DNA of 64,000 nucleotides from Pirellulales bacterium. Its GTDB lineage: Bacteria > Planctomycetota > Planctomycetia > Pirellulales > PALSA-1355. Below are positions 9,343 through 16,699 of the stretch, piece after piece. The notes under the pieces were generated by a model, which was not told where the DNA came from, did no database searches, and saw nothing but the letters and a program-made list of their open reading frames with translations. Position 1 is the stretch's first letter; each line of letters begins with the position of its first letter. Position numbers and translations under genes: made by a program. The DNA lies in contig CAVTBU010000006.1 in NCBI GenBank assembly GCA_963733035.1, positions 256,001 to 320,000 of the forward strand. The letters run 5' to 3'.

Positions 9343-9456
9343 GGTGCGCATCCATAGAAGCCGGATACGGTTGGCCGGGCCGCTCTGCTAAGGCGGTTCC
9401 CGCTCGTCGGGATGAGGGTTCGAATCCCTTGCCTTCCGCTCGTGAACGATACGTGA

Positions 9457-9529
9457 GCCTCGATGGTGAAACGGACGATCACTCCTTGCTTCTAACAAGG
9501 CATTCCGGGTTCGAATCCTGGTCGGGGCA
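9457..9529 (+). tRNA. tRNA-Arg(TCT)
   Basis: GCCTCGA/TCGGGGC-A; CCTTG-CTTCTAA-CAAGG; GGTTCGAATCC. Confidence 0.85.
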
Positions 9530-9555
9530 TTTTTGAGGAATACGACAATATATAT

Positions 9556-9630
9556 GGCGTCCGTGGTGTAGCGGTTTCTGCACGTCTGGCTGTGAACCAG
9601 AAGGTGGCGGTTCAACTCCGCTCGGACACC
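9556..9630 (+). tRNA. tRNA-His(GTG)
   Basis: G-1 and C73; TCTGG-CTGTGAA-CCAGA; GGTTCAACTCC. Confidence 0.85.
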
Positions 9631-9647
9631 CTGAAAGGAAGTGAAGC

Positions 9648-10244
9648 ATGGTCGCAAAGGTACTTGAACATCCAACGCTGGTGCTCAACCGCAACTGGCA
9701 GCCGGTGAACGTGGCCACGGTGGCCCGGGCGCTGGTGCTGTTGTGGAACGACTCGGCTCGCGTGGTGGACCCGGCGGACTACCGGCTCTACACCTGGGCC
9801 GATTGGTCGGAGCTGCGCCCGGACGAAGGCGAGCGGTTCATCCAGGCCGTGCGGCTGCGGCTGCGCGTGCCCGAGGTGATCGTGCTGGCCGAGTACGACC
9901 GGCTGCCGACCGCCGCCGTGAGCTTCAGCCGCCGCAACGTATTCAAGCGGGACCATTGGGCCTGCCAGTACTGCGGCTGCCAGCCGGGCGGAGAGGAGTT
10001 GACGATCGATCACGTGATTCCGCGGTCGCACGGTGGCACCTCGACGTGGGAGAACTGCGTGCTCGCGTGCATCGGCTGCAACAAGCGAAAGGCCGACCGC
10101 ACGCCGCACCAGGCCGGTATGCGGCTCCACAAGGTGCCGGTCCGGCCGACGTGGAAGCCGATCTACGCCCGCGACAGCGTGCGGATCGAAAGCTGGTCGA
10201 AGTTTATCAGCGAGACGTACTGGAATGTTCCGCTGGAGAAGTAG
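9648..10244 (+). CDS. HNH endonuclease (McrA-like)
   Basis: LVLN...FSRRNVFKRDHWACQYCG...LTIDHVIPRSHGG...WENCVLACIGCNKRK. Confidence 0.93.
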   Translation: MVAKVLEHPTLVLNRNWQPVNVATVARALVLLWNDSARVVDPADYRLYTWADWSELRPDEGERFIQAVRLRLRVPEVIVLAEYDRLPTAAVSFSRRNVFKRDHWACQYCGCQPGGEELTIDHVIPRSHGGTSTWENCVLACIGCNKRKADRTPHQAGMRLHKVPVRPTWKPIYARDSVRIESWSKFISETYWNVPLEK

Positions 10245-10280
10245 CCAGTTGCCCGCAGGGCTTGTTCCTGCGGGCCTTAC

Positions 10281-10350
10281 ACGAGTGTGCTCCTGGGAGA
10301 GCAGTCAGCCTCCAAAACTGACGGACGGGGTTCGACTCCTCGCGCTCGTG
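10281..10350 (+). tRNA. tRNA-Trp(CCA)
   Basis: ACGAGTG/CGCTCGT-G; TCAG-c-CTCCAAA-a-CTGA; GGTTCGACTCC. Confidence 0.78.
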
Positions 10351-10353
10351 CTT

Positions 10354-10427
10354 GCCGACGTGGCTCGAAACAGAAAGGCACCTGTCTTGTAAACAGGTTG
10401 ATGCTGGTGCGAATCCAGTCGTCGGCT
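10354..10427 (+). tRNA. tRNA-Thr(TGT)
   Basis: GCCGACG/CGTCGGC-T; CCTGT-CTTGTAA-ACAGG; T loop TGCGAAT. Confidence 0.78.
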
Positions 10428-10438
10428 CTTAAGAGTTT

Positions 10439-10744
10439 TCAGCTTGTCGCAGGCCCGCTACGGGCGTCGTCGAGCATAGTCACTAAAGATCTTCGCAGAT
10501 CAGAACCGGGCTCCTGCAACCACCGATTGTCGTAACGCGCCAAATCTGTGGCGATGTTTGCCTCGGTGAACCACTCGCCGTCGCCACGAATTAAAGCTGG
10601 GACATTGTGCAATGCGTCCAAATAGTCGTGAACCTCGTCAATTGCGATCTGCTCTCCGTAGCGTATCCGCATCCGCAAATGCGTGATCGCTCGTTCCAGA
10701 AATACCAGATAAACGTCGGCGTCGTCTTGCGGCAGGCGGAGCAT
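10439..10744 (-). CDS. Hypothetical protein (101 aa)
   Basis: Plausible helical protein filling an inter-tRNA spacer on the opposite strand. Confidence 0.5.
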   Translation of the reverse strand: MLRLPQDDADVYLVFLERAITHLRMRIRYGEQIAIDEVHDYLDALHNVPALIRGDGEWFTEANIATDLARYDNRWLQEPGSDLRRSLVTMLDDARSGPATS

Positions 10745-10799
10745 GGCACATCGCAGTCACGGATTTCGTTTGGGAGAACTGCATTCATTGTAACGCTAT

Positions 10800-10871
10800 G
10801 GCCTGTGAGTGTGTGGGATCGCACGGCAGCCTCCGAAGCTGCAAGACCAGGTTCGATTCCTGGATGGGCTA
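10800..10871 (+). tRNA. tRNA-Arg(CCG)
   Basis: GGCCTGT/ATGGGCT-A; GCAGC-CTCCGAA-GCTGC; GGTTCGATTCC. Confidence 0.8.
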
Positions 10872-10883
10872 CTTGAACAATGC

Positions 10884-10956
10884 GTCTCGCGGGTGTGCCG
10901 GATGAGCACGGCAGTGTTCGAAACTGCAAGACGAGGTTCGATTCCTCGGCGAGGCA
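10884..10956 (+). tRNA. tRNA-Arg(TCG)
   Basis: GTCTCGC/GCGAGGC-A; GCAGT-GTTCGAA-ACTGC; GGTTCGATTCC. Confidence 0.8.
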
Positions 10957-11135
10957 CTGATAAGGCGACAGACTGAATGATCATGTTGCAAACAATCCTG
11001 ACAGCACTGAGACGAGCTCTGTTTAGCCAGCCTGTAGCCGGCGGGGTGACGGCGAAGCCACCGTCGGCAGAGGCCGTCGCGTGTGCGGTCGTTCATTCGA
11101 CGACTTCGGTGGATCGCAGCGAAGGGAGGCTTACC

Positions 11136-11621
11136 ATGAACGCAGCCTATGACAAACTATGCGAACACCTGACCAACCAGCACATCGGCTTTTGGTCGCG
11201 CAGCGAGGACCTGTCGATCTGCACGGACTTTCGGGGCGAGGTCGGCACGTACCGGATCTTCGCTCGGGTTGACGCTGATGACAGCTTGTTCCAGGTCTTC
11301 GGTCACTCGCCGGTTCGCGTTCCGCCAGGCTCGCGGCCGGCGATCGCCGAGGCCGTGGCGCGGATCAACTGCGGTCTGAAGGTCGGCAAGTTCGAGATGG
11401 ATTGTGACGAGGGCGAGCTGCGGTTTCAGGCGGCCCAGATTCTGCCCGACGACGATCTCGACGAGCAGACGATTCAGCGTCTGATTGGTACGACCATGTC
11501 GATGTTGAACATTTACCTCCCGGCCGTCCTGTCGGTCATCTACGGCAACGAACTGCCGAAGGATGCCGTCAGGCACGCAGAGCCCGGGCGGCAGCTGTCC
11601 GACGAAAACGAGCCGCGGTGA
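11136..11621 (+). CDS. YbjN-domain (T3SS-chaperone-like fold) protein; possible upstream start 10977
   Basis: GGGAGG RBS; VPPGSRPAIAEAVARINCGLKVGKFEMDCDEGELRF pattern. Confidence 0.75.
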   Translation: MNAAYDKLCEHLTNQHIGFWSRSEDLSICTDFRGEVGTYRIFARVDADDSLFQVFGHSPVRVPPGSRPAIAEAVARINCGLKVGKFEMDCDEGELRFQAAQILPDDDLDEQTIQRLIGTTMSMLNIYLPAVLSVIYGNELPKDAVRHAEPGRQLSDENEPR

Positions 11622-11641
11622 GGCCTGATCACCGCGCATTT

Positions 11642-11714
11642 GTCCTCGGAGTGTGCCGGATTCGCATCCGACCCTGCGAAGGTCGAGGACCAGGTTCAAT
11701 TCCTGGCGGGGACA
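11642..11714 (+). tRNA. tRNA-Arg(GCG)
   Basis: GTCCTCG/CGGGGAC-A; CGACC-CTGCGAA-GGTCG; GGTTCAATTCC. Confidence 0.82.
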
Positions 11715-11747
11715 TTGAGGAACATTTAGAACTAAGCGAAGTGGTCA

Positions 11748-12407
11748 GTGGCACGCACAATCGGAAGCATCACGATGACTGAACTTGAACACCTTTCATT
11801 TGAGCAACTGTTGGACGGGTGCGAAAAGGGACTCAAAAACGCGCAGTCACTGGCCGCTGAGGCAGGGCTCCTCTACGAACATAAGTACTTTGCACGGACG
11901 TACGCTCTTAGTCACCTAGCAAGAGAAGAACTCGGCAAAGTCATGATGCTATATCACGCCGCCATCGACGTCCTCGTTGGTGCGACCGTTGACTGGAAGA
12001 AGCTGAGCCGACGGTTCCGAAATCACCAAGAGAAGATCATAAACGATCAAATGTTCCAATCGCACACGATGGATCTCTTGAAGGCAGCTGAATTGCTAAC
12101 GGAGCAAGAGCAGGGTCAATTGGCGGCAGCGCAGCATCTCCAATTCACGAAACAGGCGATCGCGTATCGTAATCGCAGAAAAAACGCGTCCCTCTACGTG
12201 TCCTGGGAGGATCTTGCCTTTCAGATGCCCTCTGAGGTATTCACCGAGCAACAAGCGTATCGAATCTGGATGATTGCCAAATTTGCATGCGACGACTTCA
12301 CTCGGATAGTTGAGTCACTTAGAAAATGGGGTGCCCTGGAGCGAGAGCAGTTACTCGGAGTCTGGAAGCCTGTCATCGAACAGATACAAAGCCTCCTGAA
12401 GGAATAA
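11748..12407 (+). CDS. AbiV-family (HEPN) abortive-infection-like protein
   Basis: NAQSLAAEAGLL, YALSHLAREELGK, FRNHQEK and RRKNASLYV motifs; lower GC. Confidence 0.75.
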   Translation: MARTIGSITMTELEHLSFEQLLDGCEKGLKNAQSLAAEAGLLYEHKYFARTYALSHLAREELGKVMMLYHAAIDVLVGATVDWKKLSRRFRNHQEKIINDQMFQSHTMDLLKAAELLTEQEQGQLAAAQHLQFTKQAIAYRNRRKNASLYVSWEDLAFQMPSEVFTEQQAYRIWMIAKFACDDFTRIVESLRKWGALEREQLLGVWKPVIEQIQSLLKE

Positions 12408-12411
12408 CAGC

Positions 12412-12483
12412 GACGCTGAAGCCAGACGGCATGGCGACTGCCTGCAAAGCAGTTTTTAGCGGGTTCGACTCCCGCCGGCGTCT
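12412..12483 (+). tRNA. tRNA-Cys(GCA)
   Basis: GACGCTG/CGGCGTC-T (U73); ACTGC-CTGCAAA-GCAGT; GGTTCGACTCC. Confidence 0.85.
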
Positions 12484-12485
12484 TT

Positions 12486-13030
12486 GAAGCGAAATCAGAA
12501 AGGAGATTGAAGCGAGGTTGATTCGGCCAGTTCCAGCGGCGCACGGCGGCTCGTCCTTGATGAGAGGCGATTGCTGCACGTGTGTTCCGCGAATGGGTTC
12601 TGCAGAAAGCTGCGTCTACCGTAACCAACAGATGGTTAGCTCAGTGGGTAGAGCACCAGACTTTGCATCTGGCTGTCACGGGTTCGACTCCCGTACCAAA
12701 CGCGGCTAAAAACCGCTCCGGCGCGAAAGCGTTACCAAACGCCCGCGGGGGCGGGCAAGCGTAGGTCTGCCGCTGGCACAGCGTTGAAAGACGCGGGCCC
12801 GTGCGGCGCAAGCGTCGCAACGTGCCACGTGCCAGTGGCAAACACAAGACGGTGCCCTGCAGTGCGCAGATACCGCTTGTGCGAGTCCTTGGCAACGACA
12901 AACCGACGCCGATGGCAAAGCGCGAGCCATGCTCAAGCAACGCCCTCGGCAAAGCGAAATCAACGCCTTGGATAGCACAGGCTCAAGCGCACTCCGCATA
13001 CGGATGTGGGACCGACGTTTCGCTTCGCCC
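12486..13030 (+). ncRNA. Candidate large structured RNA (GOLLD-like context)
   Basis: End-to-end pairing, many helices, GNRA-type loops, no convincing ORF. Confidence 0.6.
12630..12702 (+). tRNA. tRNA-like element (loop CTTTGCA, broken acceptor stem) inside the large RNA candidate
   Basis: TAGCTCAGTGGGTAGAGC D arm, CCAGA/TCTGG stem, ACGGG-TTCGACT-CCCGT; only TGGT/ACCA of the acceptor pairs. Confidence 0.6.
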
Positions 13031-13108
13031 CCAACGGCATTTTATTTGTGAACTAACTCGGTGGCTCGAACGTCCTATCAGTTCATGTACCGAGAGGAGG
13101 CAATTCCA

Positions 13109-14221
13109 ATGAACATCTTCATCATCAAGACAATCAAGATCCGCAGCTACGAAATGGGTCTGTACTTCCGCGACCGCGAGTTCAAGGGCTTGCTCGGCGA
13201 AGGTCGCCACTGGTTCATAGACCCGCTGGGCAAGGTCAATGTTGAAGTCGTCTCGCGGCGTGCGCCGTGGCTCGCGCACGAGAAGCTCGACGTGATCTCG
13301 CGCTCGGGTGCGCTCAAGGACCGCGCGGTGGTGTTGGACCTGAAGGACTACGAACGGGCTCTGGTCTGGATCGAGGGTCGCTTCAGCCACATCCTGCCGC
13401 CGGGCCTGTACGCCTACTGGACGGCGCTGCGTGACGTAAAGGTCGAGGTGGTCGATGCGCGGCATGTGCGCTTCGAGCACCCGGACCTGAAAGTCATCGT
13501 GCAGTCGCCGCTGGTCGAGCGCGTGCTGGAGCTGGCCACCGTGCAGGCGCACCACGTGGGCGTGCTGTTCATCGACGGCGACTTCGTTGAGACGTTGCCG
13601 CCGGGCCGCTACGCCTTCTGGAAGAACATGGCCCAGGTCAAGTTCGTCGAGGAGGATATGCGGGAGGCGATGTTCGACGTGGCCGGCCAGGACATTATGA
13701 CGGCCGATAAGGTGACGCTGCGGATGAACGCGGTCGTCACGTATCGCGTCGCCGATGCCCGGACGGCTGTGAGCACGGTGGACGACGTGCGGCAGGCCTT
13801 GTACCGCGAGGCCCAATTGGCGCTGCGTGCCGTGGTGGGTGCCCGCGAGCTCGACACGTTCTTGATGGAGAAGGACGGCGTGGCGAGCGAGTTGGCCGAC
13901 ATGGTGCGTGCGCGTGCCAAGACCTTGGGCGTGGAGCTGATTGCCGTGGGTATCCGCGACATCATCCTGCCGGGCGAAATGAAGGATCTGATGAACCGCG
14001 TCACGGAGGCCAAGAAGGCCGCCGAGGCCAACCTCATCGCTCGCCGCGAGGAAACGGCCGCCATGCGCAGCCAAGTCAACACCGCCAAGCTGCTAGCCGA
14101 CAACCCGACCCTGATGCGCCTCCGCGAGCTGGAGGTCCTGGAAAAGGTTGCCGCCAACTCGAAGCTCAACATTGTGTTGGGCGAAAAGCGGTTGACCGAG
14201 CGGATCGTCAATGTGCTGTAG
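13109..14221 (+). CDS. SPFH/band-7 (slipin-family) protein
   Basis: GAGGAGG RBS; QDIMTADKVTLRMN, GIRDIILPGEMK, RREETAAMRSQVNTAKLL, PTLMRLRELE. Confidence 0.9.
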   Translation: MNIFIIKTIKIRSYEMGLYFRDREFKGLLGEGRHWFIDPLGKVNVEVVSRRAPWLAHEKLDVISRSGALKDRAVVLDLKDYERALVWIEGRFSHILPPGLYAYWTALRDVKVEVVDARHVRFEHPDLKVIVQSPLVERVLELATVQAHHVGVLFIDGDFVETLPPGRYAFWKNMAQVKFVEEDMREAMFDVAGQDIMTADKVTLRMNAVVTYRVADARTAVSTVDDVRQALYREAQLALRAVVGARELDTFLMEKDGVASELADMVRARAKTLGVELIAVGIRDIILPGEMKDLMNRVTEAKKAAEANLIARREETAAMRSQVNTAKLLADNPTLMRLRELEVLEKVAANSKLNIVLGEKRLTERIVNVL

Positions 14222-14229
14222 CAAGAAGC

Positions 14230-14269
14230 CCCGAGGGCTGGACGCGAGTCCCGCCCTCGGGATTATTCT
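14230..14269 (+). terminator. Hairpin terminator after SPFH gene
   Basis: CCCGAGGGC...GCCCTCGGG followed by an AT-rich tail, between convergent genes. Confidence 0.55.
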
Positions 14270-14295
14270 ATTGAGCAAGCGGATCCTCGGCAGCC

Positions 14296-15272
14296 TCAAA
14301 CACCGAAGATCGGCAATTGCAGCTTCTCTTGCAGCTCTGCCCGCACTTTCCCGCCTAGCAGGAACCGGACGAAATCGCCGGCTTCAAGCAACCGGATATC
14401 AGCCGCATCCGCTTCCCGCCGCGCCTCGTCGGTGAAGCCGAACACTGACACAAAGCAAAACCGGCCGATGCCCAGCCTTTCGAAATCGTGCTCAATCTCC
14501 GCCCAGCCGACCGGCTGGTTTTGGTACCGCTTTACTTGCACCCGCCACACCTCCTCGCCCAGCTCGCCGTGATCGAACCGCGCTTCGACATCGATGATGG
14601 GCTGATTCTTGCCCACCCGCCGTTCATCCACCACCGCGCCTTGCGCTTCAAGTAGTCGACGACGAGCCACTCCCAATCCTTGTCGTTGAGCGCCTCCGAG
14701 CGCCGGATGATGAGCGTTTGCAGCCGATGGTAGGCATCCTGCACGTCCTTGTCCGGCGCGGCGATAAGGTTCGGCGACTGGCCGCGCACGATTTGATCGA
14801 CAATGTCGAACGCCTCGGCGATTTCCCAGAACGACATCCTCGGCCCGAGCAAGCTGCCCTTGAGCCGCCCGTAGAAATCGAGAATCTTGATCGCAGGCAC
14901 CGGGTACTCGACGCGGCGGTAGTGCCAGATATCGGTCTGGTCCTCAAGCTCGAAATCACGATACAGCGAGTCAGACGCGACGCGGCAGATTTGCACGCAT
15001 TTCCCAATCGGGTTGTAGTAGAGAATGTAGTCGCCCGCCGCGCATTCGCGTCCGAAGCGGAATAGCTGTCCGGTGCCTACCCCTACCTCGCGGTCTTGCT
15101 TGTAGAACGCGCACACGCTTTTCACATGCGACCACAACTCGTCACGCGTTCCGCTCGCAAGCAGCTTCGGATCAACGTCCTGCCAGCCGACGCCGACGAT
15201 GCCGTGCCGCCGGCAGAACTCAACGCAAATCCCGCCCGAACCGAGCTTGATTCCCCACACCCGCTGGCCCAT
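14296..15272 (-). CDS. Mrr-like restriction endonuclease (frameshift near 14648)
   Basis: N-terminal VGVGW...GQLFRF...GDYIL; C-terminal IDVEA...VQVKRY...FVSVFGFT-A-EA Mrr_cat-like motifs. Confidence 0.75.
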
Positions 15273-15431
15273 GTCTCATCCCCAAAAAAGCTTCCCGAAT
15301 ACCACATCACCCGCCTTTCCACAACCGCCTGGGTTTTCGCGATGTCCGCCCGCACTGTTTCGTTCAACGCCAGGCCGCGGGCGACTATACTTGTACCACA
15401 CTCGCGCCATCACGAATCGCTCGTTAGTGAC

Positions 15432-15923
15432 ATGACGAAAATCGAACTGTACCTCCTGAACCTTGCGGGCGAATATCGCGTTTGCAGCGAGCTCAATAAG
15501 CGCGGCGTGTTCGCCACCATCACGTATGGCAACCGCAAGGGCGTCGATATCTACGCCATCAGCGATGCAAAGAATCGCGCACTGAAGATCGAGGTTAAAA
15601 CAAGCCAGCACGGCCGCTTCGTCACCGGCATCTCCCAGAAATGCCTGGAGGACAGCCCGCACGCCCCGGATTTCTGGGTCTTGTGCGACATCAAGGCGGG
15701 CGACACTGACGCATTCACCGAGCGGTTCTTCATCCTATCCCACCGCACCATCTGCCGCATCCAGAAGGCGCGCAACCAGAAATACGCCGACAAGTACACT
15801 GCCAAGCACGGTAAGGCCCCCGACCTCGCCGGCGGCGTCGACAACGTAATGATCGCCGACGTGGAGAAGTTTGAGGACAAGTGGTCGAGCATTGTCAAGC
15901 GAGTCAGGAAGCCTATCACCTGA
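15432..15923 (+). CDS. PD-(D/E)XK nuclease-fold protein
   Basis: LAGEYRVCSEL, GNRKGVDIYA, KIEVKTS. Confidence 0.7.
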   Translation: MTKIELYLLNLAGEYRVCSELNKRGVFATITYGNRKGVDIYAISDAKNRALKIEVKTSQHGRFVTGISQKCLEDSPHAPDFWVLCDIKAGDTDAFTERFFILSHRTICRIQKARNQKYADKYTAKHGKAPDLAGGVDNVMIADVEKFEDKWSSIVKRVRKPIT

Positions 15924-15961
15924 CCGCGGCGAGCCAATCAAGATAGGTATCGCGAATTAGG

Positions 15962-16699
15962 TCACTCAGCCTCTTTGCCAAGGAGTTTTTTTACGAGTGC
16001 AACCGAACCATCGAGGAAAGCAAGTCGATCCTCGATGGCGATTCGTGCCAATGGGCCCGGCGAAGCGAGAATCTCGTCAATATAGAACAATCGCACTGGA
16101 CGCTCGAATATTTCGCTAAGCCTCACTTCAATTTGAGTATGTTCGTCAGAGCGACTCCACAGAACGAGATAACTCTCTGCCACAGGTTCCCCGCGAACTA
16201 CAGACAGTAGCAGGAATAGACCGTCGCGACCGCTAACAAAGTATCGGTCCACATCCTTCCAAGTAACCGGCCCACTGAAGCCGCCCCAACTCTTGCATTC
16301 ACCCGAAATCAAACCGTCCGGTGAGCGCAGCAACAAGTCGAGCTGTACACGGCCGCCCGTGGTTTGGCACTTTCGCGTCAACTCTTTAATGCCCCACGAA
16401 CGAAGCGGCTCAGGCAAGCAGGGAAAAGTGCCGCTTGTGGCCAGTCGTTCGCCCGATGGAATCAGTTCGTGTCCCTTGATGGAACGTTCGGCGACGGAGG
16501 AGAGTCCGTGATCTTCAAACCACGCTCGCACGACAGGCTCGTAAAACCCCTGGTATCCGAGTATCCAATACGCAAATGCCCGCGTCTTGGGGTTCGTTTC
16601 CATCAATGTTTGTGCGCTTGTAGCACCACCTGCAACGGGCGCTGTCGACAGCGGCTCGTTTCCAACCGATGCAGTTGCCTGCGCAACCTCAATCGGCAA
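15962..16699 (-). CDS. Hypothetical protein, possible PD-(D/E)XK nuclease
   Basis: QLDLLL...GECKSW motif; overlaps brxL stop. Confidence 0.55.
   Translation of the reverse strand: MPIEVAQATASVGNEPLSTAPVAGGATSAQTLMETNPKTRAFAYWILGYQGFYEPVVRAWFEDHGLSSVAERSIKGHELIPSGERLATSGTFPCLPEPLRSWGIKELTRKCQTTGGRVQLDLLLRSPDGLISGECKSWGGFSGPVTWKDVDRYFVSGRDGLFLLLSVVRGEPVAESYLVLWSRSDEHTQIEVRLSEIFERPVRLFYIDEILASPGPLARIAIEDRLAFLDGSVALVKKLLGKEAE

Larger units (their letters stand above)
7625..9360 (+). mobile_element. IS110-family (IS1111-type) insertion sequence, ~1736 bp
   Basis: AG core at both junctions (7623-7624, 9359-9360); subterminal IR CTATGGnnGCG / CGCnnCCATAG; transposase followed by ~475-bp non-coding right end. 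Confidence 0.88.
7616..9438 (+). pseudogene. tRNA-Ser(GCT) split by IS110-family insertion (5' piece 7616-7624, 3' piece 9361-9438)
   Basis: GGAAGGT (7616-7622) pairs with GCCTTCC-G (9431-9438); the 3' piece has D arm, CCGCT-CTGCTAA-GGCGG, long variable arm and T arm. Confidence 0.88.

Noticed and set aside
10252..10275. GCCCGCAGGG/TCCTGCGGGC hairpin after HNH as a terminator
   Set aside because: No U-tract; a processing or stability stem is more plausible
6190..12483. CRISPR array (repeated GGTTCGA motifs)
   Set aside because: The repeats are tRNA T loops with irregular spacing; no cas genes
12630..12702. Functional tRNA-Gln(TTG) or YrlA Y RNA
   Set aside because: Acceptor stem is broken and position 37 is C; arm order is canonical rather than permuted, and no Ro60 gene is in the window
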